Source: Candidatus Lustribacter sp.
GTDB lineage: Bacteria; Vulcanimicrobiota; Vulcanimicrobiia; Vulcanimicrobiales; Vulcanimicrobiaceae
DNA: 64,000 nt
Assembly: GCA_965277805.1 (NCBI GenBank)
Contig: OZ255842.1
Span: 2,400,001-2,464,000 of the forward strand
Direction of reading: 5' to 3'
Shown: positions 56,341 through 64,000 of the stretch, piece by piece
Layout: every line of letters starts with the position of its first letter
Numbering within the stretch: position 1 is the stretch's first letter
The notes under the pieces: generated by a model
Database searches by the model: none
The model's input: only the letters and a program-made list of their open reading frames with translations
Told to the model about the DNA's origin: nothing
Position numbers and translations under genes: made by a program

Positions 56341-56822
56341 TCGTACTCGGCCGCCCACCGAATCTTTCGAGCCTGCCGGTTAAGGCACGGGGCCACGCGC
56401 AAATGCCCCTTAGTCGCGACCAGTTCGGACTCAGGGACGAGGTAAACCTTCCCATTGTCCGGGCAGAAGACGGCGAGATATTCGACTTGACCGAAATACG
56501 GCCGACTCGCGGTCGGTCCGGATCGGCGATGCTGATGGGAGCTACTGCATATAAAATCGATCACTCCGCCTCGCATGCGCCCCGTCTTCACCTGAATACG
56601 CAAGAGTTGAAGCCCGTCATCAGCGATCACATCATATCGATGATTTTCACCGAACGGTATCGACACAAGATAGCCAGCTCGAATGAGTGCCGAAATCACC
56701 ATCACTTCTGACAGATCACCGATCGCCTTCGTGTTTCGCTTTGGTTTCTCAGCACTTGGACCCGCCGCAATTGCGACTAGATTTTCGCCATCTTCCGGCG
56801 GGAACAAATACGAAACGCTCAT
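56331..56822 (-). CDS. Group I intron-associated-type PD-(D/E)XK endonuclease (I-Ssp6803I-like), free-standing
   Basis: TKAIGDLSE, PFGENHRYDVI and RIQVKTG match the I-Ssp6803I-type pattern as I recall it; stop codon lies within tRNA-Thr. Confidence 0.88.
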   Translation of the reverse strand: MSVSYLFPPEDGENLVAIAAGPSAEKPKRNTKAIGDLSEVMVISALIRAGYLVSIPFGENHRYDVIADDGLQLLRIQVKTGRMRGGVIDFICSSSHQHRRSGPTASRPYFGQVEYLAVFCPDNGKVYLVPESELVATKGHLRVAPCLNRQARKIRWAAEYELA

Positions 56823-56963
56823 TGCAAATATTCTCGCAAATTGCTGTGCCTACTGGTTGGCACTCACGCGGTGCAATAGCGCTTTTCGCGCTTAAAGGAG
56901 TCCGACGTACCGACCGACTAGACCCCACTAACGGAAGAAACCACTACCGGAGACGGGGTTCGC

Positions 56964-58916
56964 ATGGCAAAGAAAGATTCGGGCGGCGTTGACAGACGCG
57001 CGTTTTTAGGCGGAATCGGTGCTGCGGGAGCCGCCGCAGCGGCGGTGGCGGGAGTAAAACCCACACCGGCCGAGGCCAAACCCACGGCCCTGCCGCCCGT
57101 CTCCCAGTCGTATGCGACGACGATCGCGCAACTGGAGCAGGCGCCCCCGATCGATCACGGCCCCGGCGCCGATGCGCAGCACATCACGAATCCCGGCTCG
57201 GACTACATGGTCGACGTCTTGATGGCGCTCGGCTACAAGTACGTCGCCGCAACGCCCGGCACCACGTTCCGCGGACTCCAAGAATCGGTCATCAATTACG
57301 CCCAAGGCAAGATGGAGTGGCTCTCGTGCGCGCACGAAGAGATCTCCGGATCGATGGCCCACGGCTACGCCAAAGCGGCCGGTAAGCCCATGATCATCAT
57401 GGTGCACAACACCGTCGGCCTGCAGCACGCGTCGATGGCGATGTACAACTGCTGGGCCGACCGCGTGCCGATGCTGGTAATGCTCGGGAACTACGCCGAC
57501 GGCGCGCTGCGCTCGAGCGCCGCCGACTGGGATCACGCCATGCTCGACAACGCCGCGATGGTCCGCGGCTACATCAAGTACGACGAGCAGCCGGGATCGC
57601 TGCAGCACTACAAAGAGTCGATGCTGCGCGGACACGGCTTGATGATGACCGCACCGAGCGGCCCGATCGTCATGGTCTGCGATCAGACGCTGCAAGAAGA
57701 CACCGCGTCGCGCAAGCCGCAGCCGGCGATGCCGGCCTACGTTGCGGCAACGCAGCCGGCGCCCGATCCGGGCGCGATCAAACAGATTGCCCAGATGCTG
57801 GTTACGGCGAAGAATCCCGTCATCGTCGCCGATCGCGCGACGCGCTCGCAAGCCGACGTCCAGAATCTCGTCAAACTCGCCGAGGCGCTGCAAGTTCCGG
57901 TGATCGACAAGCTGGGCCGGATGAACTTCCCGACCACGCACTACCTCAACGGCGCGGGCGGCCTGACCGCCGAAGCCGACTTGATCCTCGCACTCGATCC
58001 CGGCGACTTGTCGAGTTACGTCGAGCGCCTGCCCGAGTCGATCGCGCGCAGCACGATTCGCACCGCGCGCCCGGATTGCAAAGTCATCTCGATCGACTCC
58101 GAATTGCTGGCCGACGCCGGAAACTTTCAGGATAAGCAGCGCTTCTATCAGGCCGACCTTCCGGTCGCCGCCGACTCCGCGACGACGTTGCCGTTCCTCA
58201 TCGAAGCGGTGAACAGCGCGATGTCGACCGCGCGCCGCAACGAGAACCCGCAACGCGAAGCGCGTCAGCGCGAAGCCTACTACATCAAGCGTCAGGCCGA
58301 CGCGGCCTACGCCGCGGTCGCCTGGGATTCGCAGCCGATCAGCGTCGCGCGCATGTGCATGGAGATCTGGAATCAGATCAAGGGCGACCCGTGGTCGGTC
58401 GTCTCGTCGACGGGCTTCCAGAGTAACTGGCCGGCGCGCCTGTGGGACTTCACCGATTACAGCCAATACCACGGCGGCTCGGGCGCCGCGGGCATCGGGT
58501 ACATCGGCGGCGCCGCGATCGGCTGCGCGCTCGCACATAAAGACAACGGCGGGGCCGTGTGCGTCAGCTTCCAAGGCGACGGCGACTTCATGATGGGCCC
58601 CGGCGCGATGTGGACCGCTGCGCATCACCGCATTCCGCTCTTGATGGTGATCCACAACAATCGCGCTTGGTACCAAGAAACGATGTCGGTCCAAATTCTC
58701 GCATCGCGGCGCGACCGTCATCCCGATCGCGGGCGCATCGGCACCGAGATCGTCGATCCGAACATCAACTACGCCAAGGTCGCGGAAGGCTTCGGCGTTT
58801 ACGCCGAGCCGCAGATCACGCATCCGGACCAGCTTGCACCGGCGATCGCACGGGCGCTCAAAGTGGTCAAGAGCGGTCATCCTGCGTTGCTCGACATCGT
58901 GTCGCAAGGGAGATGA
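56964..58916 (+). CDS. ThDP-binding enzyme with twin-arginine signal peptide
   Basis: VDRRAFLGGIGAAGAAAAAVAG...AEA; CAHEE catalytic Glu; QGDGDFM...NN ThDP motif. Confidence 0.92.
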   Translation: MAKKDSGGVDRRAFLGGIGAAGAAAAAVAGVKPTPAEAKPTALPPVSQSYATTIAQLEQAPPIDHGPGADAQHITNPGSDYMVDVLMALGYKYVAATPGTTFRGLQESVINYAQGKMEWLSCAHEEISGSMAHGYAKAAGKPMIIMVHNTVGLQHASMAMYNCWADRVPMLVMLGNYADGALRSSAADWDHAMLDNAAMVRGYIKYDEQPGSLQHYKESMLRGHGLMMTAPSGPIVMVCDQTLQEDTASRKPQPAMPAYVAATQPAPDPGAIKQIAQMLVTAKNPVIVADRATRSQADVQNLVKLAEALQVPVIDKLGRMNFPTTHYLNGAGGLTAEADLILALDPGDLSSYVERLPESIARSTIRTARPDCKVISIDSELLADAGNFQDKQRFYQADLPVAADSATTLPFLIEAVNSAMSTARRNENPQREARQREAYYIKRQADAAYAAVAWDSQPISVARMCMEIWNQIKGDPWSVVSSTGFQSNWPARLWDFTDYSQYHGGSGAAGIGYIGGAAIGCALAHKDNGGAVCVSFQGDGDFMMGPGAMWTAAHHRIPLLMVIHNNRAWYQETMSVQILASRRDRHPDRGRIGTEIVDPNINYAKVAEGFGVYAEPQITHPDQLAPAIARALKVVKSGHPALLDIVSQGR

Positions 58917-59554
58917 GCATGTTGCGCTTCAAAACGCTCGCAATCGCCTCGTTCGTCGCCGCCGCGCTCGCCGGGGCGGGCGTGCTCTCGGCCCAGACGA
59001 CCGCCCCTGCCGGCGACGCCAAACACGGCTATCAGCTCTTCCAAGTGAACGGCTGTTATGAATGCCACAACACGCTCGGTCAAGGCACCGGCAGCCGCGC
59101 TCCCGGCGCGGGTCCGGGACCGAACCTCGCGCCCGGACCGATTCCGTACGCCGCGTTCGTGCGCCAAGTGCGCAACCCGCGTCAATCGATGCCGCCCTAC
59201 GATGCGAAACTGGTCAGCGATCAGGACCTGGCCGACATGTACGCCTTCCTGGCGTCGCAGCCGCCGGCGAAAGATCCGCACACCATCGCGGTGCTGAACA
59301 ACGTCACGGCCGGAACGGCAACGAGCACCCCGCACGGCGCCGTCCTCTACGCCGCCAACTGCGCAACCTGTCACGGCGCGAGCGGACAAGGCGGCGTGGG
59401 CCCGGCACTGCGCAACGAAAGCTCAAAGAAAGATGCAGCCGCGGTGGCAGCGTTCGTCCGCAACCCGTCCGGCATCATGCCCAAGCTCAGTCCCGGCATG
59501 CTCAGCGCCAGCGACGTTACCGCCGTATCAGCGTACGTCGAAACGCTGCACTAG
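58913..59554 (+). CDS. Diheme c-type cytochrome
   Basis: Sec signal peptide; CYECH and CATCH; distal Met candidates in SMPP and IMPK; ATGA overlap with the upstream gene. Confidence 0.92.
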   Translation: MSMLRFKTLAIASFVAAALAGAGVLSAQTTAPAGDAKHGYQLFQVNGCYECHNTLGQGTGSRAPGAGPGPNLAPGPIPYAAFVRQVRNPRQSMPPYDAKLVSDQDLADMYAFLASQPPAKDPHTIAVLNNVTAGTATSTPHGAVLYAANCATCHGASGQGGVGPALRNESSKKDAAAVAAFVRNPSGIMPKLSPGMLSASDVTAVSAYVETLH

Positions 59555-59566
59555 CGCCGGGTCCGT

Positions 59567-60127
59567 CTATTTCGCGACGGCTGTTTCCGGCTCATGAAGC
59601 GAACGCAGCAGGCCGCTGAGGACTGCTGCCTTCGATTCCTCCGGTGCCGCATGATAGACGGAATATGACGCATCCAGCGTGTGCTTTAGCCATTCGTCCT
59701 TCAGCCGGCGCGAATCATCCGAGACTTCGTTGGCCGTACCCGAGACCGGGCGCAAATAGCCGTCGATCTTTCCGAGATCGAGTAACCGCAAAATCGTGAA
59801 CTCGCAGGACGGCCGCTGGTAGACGTTGCGGCGCGAGTTCAACTCGGTCAATTTACGCCGCTCGCGCAGCAAGAACCCGTAACGTTCGAGGACCGAAATT
59901 GCGCCGAACACGATCGAAAGGCTCGAGAGCCGGAGGTCGTTGCGGATCTGCTTCGTCGTGGGGTGACAGACGTTCGTCTCACATGCCAGCATGGTCAGAT
60001 AAAGATAGATGCTGACTTGGCGCGGATTAAGGACGTGGTACAGAAAACCGCTCATCCACGCCGGCACTTCCGCATAGGGCTGACAATTCTCAAAGCAATT
60101 TTTGGAATCGATTAGCGGGACAGACAA
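59567..60127 (-). CDS. Winged-helix (HTH_36-like) hypothetical protein
   Basis: VSIYLYL...CHPTTKQI...AISVLERYGFL...RNVY pattern; TTG start. Confidence 0.6.
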   Translation of the reverse strand: MSVPLIDSKNCFENCQPYAEVPAWMSGFLYHVLNPRQVSIYLYLTMLACETNVCHPTTKQIRNDLRLSSLSIVFGAISVLERYGFLLRERRKLTELNSRRNVYQRPSCEFTILRLLDLGKIDGYLRPVSGTANEVSDDSRRLKDEWLKHTLDASYSVYHAAPEESKAAVLSGLLRSLHEPETAVAK

Positions 60128-60257
60128 TAGCGAACATTCCCTGACTGTCAGAGTGATTCAGGTCATCCTTTGGCACCTCACTACAATCGCCTTGCTGTAT
60201 GTGCTGCGTGCATAGTACCAAAATGTGTATGATACTGAAAAAGCAGCCATGCGACTG

Positions 60258-61196
60258 CTACCTGAAGAGAAAGTCTGCCGCGCTAAAACGATGATCGATT
60301 AGCGCGTACTTCGCCATTGCGTCGATCAAGGGTTGAATATCGCCCGTGTTGACCGACGTTGCGTTGAAGCTGATCCCCGTTTGCACAATCGACGCCGCTG
60401 AAACACCGCTGAATGTTGAAAGCAAGTCGGCCGTCTCATTCGCGTGCGCGTTGTTATATGCGGCAGCGGTGCCGATGATCTTACCGAAGCGTAAGACGAG
60501 GTCGCGGTTTTTACTCGCGTACGCACCGGTCGAGAACCAGGCGGTCTCCAAGAAACGCGGCGCGATCGCGGTGAACACATTTGCAAGAACTTTCACGGTT
60601 CCGTCGCCGACCGCGTGCGCGACGAACGGCGGCACGAGCGCTGCGGCAGCAACGCGGCCCTGCGCCACCGCCGCGGCGGCAGCACTCGACGGGATTTCGG
60701 TGAACGAGAGCGTGCGCGAGTCGCCGCCGTGCGTATCCACCCACGCCTTCACCGCCAGCGTATTCTGATCGCCGAGCGACGGAACGGAGATGATCTTCCC
60801 GTTGAGATCCTTGCCGTCCTTAATGGTTGCGCTCGGCAAGATGACGAGCATTACGTCGCCGCTGTCATGCGGCCCGAAGACCGCGCCGCCGGCGTGGATC
60901 TTGATGTCAACGTTGTGCGCGCGAGCCGCAATGAGGGAGCCCATGCTGGACTTACCGATATCGACTGCGCCGCCCACGACGGCAGCGATCGTCGCCGCGC
61001 CGCTATTGGCGCGCTCGTACGTCGTCTCGAACCCGGCGGCGCGAAAAAGACCGGCCTTTTGCGCGTAGAGTAACGGCGCTGCGTCGTCGGCACCGGTACC
61101 CGAACAGTGAACGGTCAGCGGCGCGGGCGTCTGGGCGAACGCCGGAGCGGAGGTCACGGCAGCGAGCCCGGCGGCGATAAAGTTCGTGCGTCTCAT
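60258..61196 (-). CDS. SsuA/NMT1-like substrate-binding protein with Tat-like signal
   Basis: MRRTNFIAAG, YAQKAGLF, WVDTHGGDS..FTEIP. Confidence 0.88.
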   Translation of the reverse strand: MRRTNFIAAGLAAVTSAPAFAQTPAPLTVHCSGTGADDAAPLLYAQKAGLFRAAGFETTYERANSGAATIAAVVGGAVDIGKSSMGSLIAARAHNVDIKIHAGGAVFGPHDSGDVMLVILPSATIKDGKDLNGKIISVPSLGDQNTLAVKAWVDTHGGDSRTLSFTEIPSSAAAAAVAQGRVAAAALVPPFVAHAVGDGTVKVLANVFTAIAPRFLETAWFSTGAYASKNRDLVLRFGKIIGTAAAYNNAHANETADLLSTFSGVSAASIVQTGISFNATSVNTGDIQPLIDAMAKYALIDHRFSAADFLFR

Positions 61197-61232
61197 CAGT
61201 GCTGATATCCGCCGTCGGACCCGGGACTCTTG

Positions 61233-62285
61233 CTACGACACGGGTCCACTCGGCGGTTGCGGCGTGGGCGTCGGTGAGGGCTTGGGCGTTGGAACCGGTG
61301 TCGGTTTCGGCGTAGGCGCGAGCGTCGGGACCGGGGTCGGCGCGGGCGCCGATGTCGGTGCGATCGACGGCGCAGCGGTAGGTGCCGGCGTTTTGCCGCC
61401 GCCGCCGGTCGGCGTCGGTACGGGCGTCGGGGCCGCGCTCGGCGCGCTTGTCGGTACGGTCGAAGGCGACGGCGTCGGTGCTTTGCCGGTTGCGATGGCA
61501 GACGGCGTCGGTGCGGGCGTCGGAACGAACGGCGGTTGCGAGGGCACGGGCACGGGCGCGCCGGCGCCGCTATTGCAATTTGCGGTGAACGACAGCGGCG
61601 AGCGATCGAGGGCGGCGAGCGGTTGGGTCGCGCCCGCAGCCGAGCCGTCCGTCGCCGGTTCGAGCGATGCGGTAACGACGGCACTGAGCTGCGGCGAACA
61701 ATGCAAGAGCGATGAAAGGTCGGGCGAGCGGTAAAACGGCATCGATCGGCTGAGCGTGTGGGTGCCTAACGCGGCCGCGCCGGGCAGCACGCCCGAGAAG
61801 TTGGCGCTGACTTCGGCCGTTACGACCGGGGCTTGCGTCAACAAAAGATATTCGCGCGTGTAACCGTTTGTGAGATCGACGCGCACGGGTGTCGTGCATG
61901 CAACCGTCACGCTCGTTGGTAAGAAAAACGCGCCGAATTCCGCCGGTGTCGACGCGGTACCCGGCACCGTAGCGATCGAGCCCCCTTTGAGGAAGCCGTT
62001 GTTCGGAATTGCGCACGGCTGCGTCGGTACGTTGCTCATACCGTTGAGATTATTATAAAGCGTGTACAGACTATAATCGAGATACGGGTTCTGCTGCTGT
62101 TGCAGAACGCCCGCGTATCGCACGACCTCCTCGCTGCGCTCGGTGACGACGCCCACGCGGATCCCCCACACGACCGCGTACAGCGCGCCGAGGAGCACGG
62201 GCAGGACGAGAGCGGTTTCCAGCAAGGCCGCGCCGCGTTGGCGGTGGTATCGCGATTTCACGTTAGCTGCATCCCAATTCGGCAT
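61233..62285 (-). CDS. TadE-family pseudopilin with Pro/Thr/Ala-rich C-terminal tail
   Basis: QRGAALLETALVLPVL prepilin cleavage motif (G|xxxxE); PTP repeats in the tail. Confidence 0.85.
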   Translation of the reverse strand: MPNWDAANVKSRYHRQRGAALLETALVLPVLLGALYAVVWGIRVGVVTERSEEVVRYAGVLQQQQNPYLDYSLYTLYNNLNGMSNVPTQPCAIPNNGFLKGGSIATVPGTASTPAEFGAFFLPTSVTVACTTPVRVDLTNGYTREYLLLTQAPVVTAEVSANFSGVLPGAAALGTHTLSRSMPFYRSPDLSSLLHCSPQLSAVVTASLEPATDGSAAGATQPLAALDRSPLSFTANCNSGAGAPVPVPSQPPFVPTPAPTPSAIATGKAPTPSPSTVPTSAPSAAPTPVPTPTGGGGKTPAPTAAPSIAPTSAPAPTPVPTLAPTPKPTPVPTPKPSPTPTPQPPSGPVS

Positions 62286-63315
62286 CGCTCTGCGGCCCGG
62301 TCCAGGGGTGAATCGGGACGGAATTCCACCAGCCTAATTGCGCGCTGAACTCGTCGGTGAACAAGCCGGCGCGATAGAAATTCAACGTGGCATTCGCCGC
62401 GGTTGCGTTACCGCCGAAGCTGAGGTTGTACCAGTCGTAATTGTCGGGATGCACCACGCCGTTGACGTTGGTCTCCGGCGGCTGGAACGGCAAACCGTTG
62501 CTGAACGGGTTGACGATCACGCCGGGCTGCAGCCAATCTTCTTCCATCATGACCGCGGTCGCGGCACCGCGCCCGATCGCATGATACGGCTTGGGCTGAT
62601 AACCGAAAAATCCCGGAATGACGGGCGCAACCGTGGTGCACACATCGACTTCAACCTTGAGCGGTGCGAAAAGCGACGGATTCACGCCCGATGGACCCGT
62701 GAGGCGCCCGAGCGAGGGCTTGAGGATGCCGAGGGCGTCCATCTCAACGGCTTGCGTATCGTCGCGCGTGCCGACGGTCACCTTATAGTGAAAGTTGCAA
62801 TCGCCGCCGGCAGCTCCGTTGCAATCGCTGCCGATCTGTCCGATCAGGGCCTGCGAGTCGGCGCTCAGGTTCGTGTAGTTGAGTGATGCGGTGATCCGGT
62901 TGAGCGTTGTGACGTCTTGCGTATAGCGAGCGACGGACTTGAAATAGTCATCGCGCAAGCCTGCATACACGGCGTCGCAGGCCGGAACATCCGTACCGGG
63001 TGCGGGTGCCGGATTGGGGGCGCAGCCGCCGGCGTTGTATTCGGCCAGCACGATGCCTTGCAGCAAGCGCCGCAGACGGTACTCCTCGACCGCCGACGCG
63101 TAGAGCACGGCGGTCATCTGGTTGAAATCTTCGGTCTGCAGTGAAAGCACGGCTTGAGCGGCCGAATCGGCTGCGTTTTGCGCCCGCAGCTGCCACCGGA
63201 TTCCGTTGCCGAAATCGAGGGCGAAATAGGCAAAGATCAGCATAACGATGATGCCGAACACCGATAGCGGTAACGCTTGGCCGCGCTGCGCGTGCTGGTT
63301 GTCACGGTCCGACAT
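62263..63315 (-). CDS. Tad-domain (TadG-like) pilus assembly protein
   Basis: QRGQALP, TM, DFG...RAQNAADSAA. Confidence 0.85.
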   Translation of the reverse strand: MSDRDNQHAQRGQALPLSVFGIIVMLIFAYFALDFGNGIRWQLRAQNAADSAAQAVLSLQTEDFNQMTAVLYASAVEEYRLRRLLQGIVLAEYNAGGCAPNPAPAPGTDVPACDAVYAGLRDDYFKSVARYTQDVTTLNRITASLNYTNLSADSQALIGQIGSDCNGAAGGDCNFHYKVTVGTRDDTQAVEMDALGILKPSLGRLTGPSGVNPSLFAPLKVEVDVCTTVAPVIPGFFGYQPKPYHAIGRGAATAVMMEEDWLQPGVIVNPFSNGLPFQPPETNVNGVVHPDNYDWYNLSFGGNATAANATLNFYRAGLFTDEFSAQLGWWNSVPIHPWTGPQSDAELGCS

Positions 63316-64000
63316 TGCAACTCGTATCCGGGTGCAGAGGGTATTGCCCGATCGCGGTATAGTTGTTGGGATAGCCGCCGGCTTGCCGCGAATCCCAGGT
63401 GTTGTAGATGCAGTCGAGTACGCCCTGATTCCATCGTAACGCGCCGGCCGCGTACAACGCCTGGGCAGTCGGCGCCGCCGCTAAGGCCAGCGAAATCTCG
63501 GCGTACGTGTTCTGATGCCCGAGCGCCGCCGTAAAGACGCCGTTGGAGACCGCTCCGTTGAATGCACGGCCCCAGTTGTCGACGTCGAGATACTCGGCGA
63601 GTCCGAGTGCGTCGTAGTCTTGTTCGTTCGTTGGGCACGCCGACCAGGAGGACGTATCCTCGCAGAACGTCAGGTAATGGAAGCCGACGAAATACGGCGG
63701 GGTATTCTCGCCTTGACTAAAGTAGTCGGCCCGCTCGTTGAAGGCGTTGAGCGAGTTGAAGGCATTGCCTTGAATGTCGCCGTGTGCACCGATCTCCTGA
63801 TAGGCGGGATCGATCGTGCTGCCGCTCAAGCTGAAGAGCGAGCCGGTGGCTCCGAGGACGATGCCGGGTATGTTGTTGCGCACAACCGTGCTGACGATCT
63901 GCACGGGCAACAGCATCGAAACGCCGCCGTGCCGGCCTTGCGTATTGGTGAGGTCGTAGTTCACGACTTCGCTCGTCGCCAGGGGCTTGCCGTTGGCCAA
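63302..64000 (-). CDS. C-terminal part of a probable Tad-cluster protein (start outside the window)
   Basis: Open frame to the window edge, overlaps the start of the Tad gene; secreted-protein-like composition with several Cys. Confidence 0.6.
   Translation of the reverse strand: MANGKPLATSEVVNYDLTNTQGRHGGVSMLLPVQIVSTVVRNNIPGIVLGATGSLFSLSGSTIDPAYQEIGAHGDIQGNAFNSLNAFNERADYFSQGENTPPYFVGFHYLTFCEDTSSWSACPTNEQDYDALGLAEYLDVDNWGRAFNGAVSNGVFTAALGHQNTYAEISLALAAAPTAQALYAAGALRWNQGVLDCIYNTWDSRQAGGYPNNYTAIGQYPLHPDTSCNVGP

Noticed and set aside
56830-56880. Sigma54 promoter or CIRCE element (TTGGCACTC; AGGCAC...TTTGC)
   Set aside because: GG-GC spacing is off by 1-2 nt on both strands and the second CIRCE half-site is absent
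57006-58907. Long antisense ORFs (also 13..972, 10244..11431, 18334..19587, 28981..30393)
   Set aside because: Antisense shadows of well-supported genes, expected at high GC; no motifs

Overview
High-GC bacterial chromosomal window, almost fully coding. Gene style is reminiscent of Vulcanimicrobiota/Eremiobacterota, but that assignment is an unverified inference. A minus-strand translation cluster (tRNA-Thr ... tRNA-Arg ... rpmG, tRNA-Trp, secE, nusG, rplK, rplA) is separated from rplJ-rplL by about 40 kb of aromatic-catabolism and uptake genes, and rpoBC does not follow rplL. That block holds five Rieske oxygenase alpha subunits, hmgA, a hydroxycinnamoyl-CoA hydratase-lyase with a CoA ligase, a UbiD decarboxylase, a gentisate-dioxygenase-like cupin, an LLM monooxygenase, an Ltp2/OB-fold pair and a CoxLMS-like Mo-hydroxylase. 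The window has about 13 solute-binding-protein-fold genes but only one ABC permease/ATPase pair. Strongest leads: (1) a Tat-exported ThDP enzyme translationally coupled to a diheme cytochrome c; (2) an I-Ssp6803I-like PD-(D/E)XK nuclease gene whose stop codon lies inside an intact tRNA-Thr; (3) an unrecognised ~65-95 aa domain shared by a TonB-like protein and a ModA-like protein flanking rplJL; (4) two signal-less binding-protein-fold proteins that may be enzymes; (5) a modular REP-like repeat family sitting in gene 3' ends and next to ribosomal-protein promoters. The right end enters a Tad pseudopilin cluster. All calls come from reading motifs by eye; no database searches were run.
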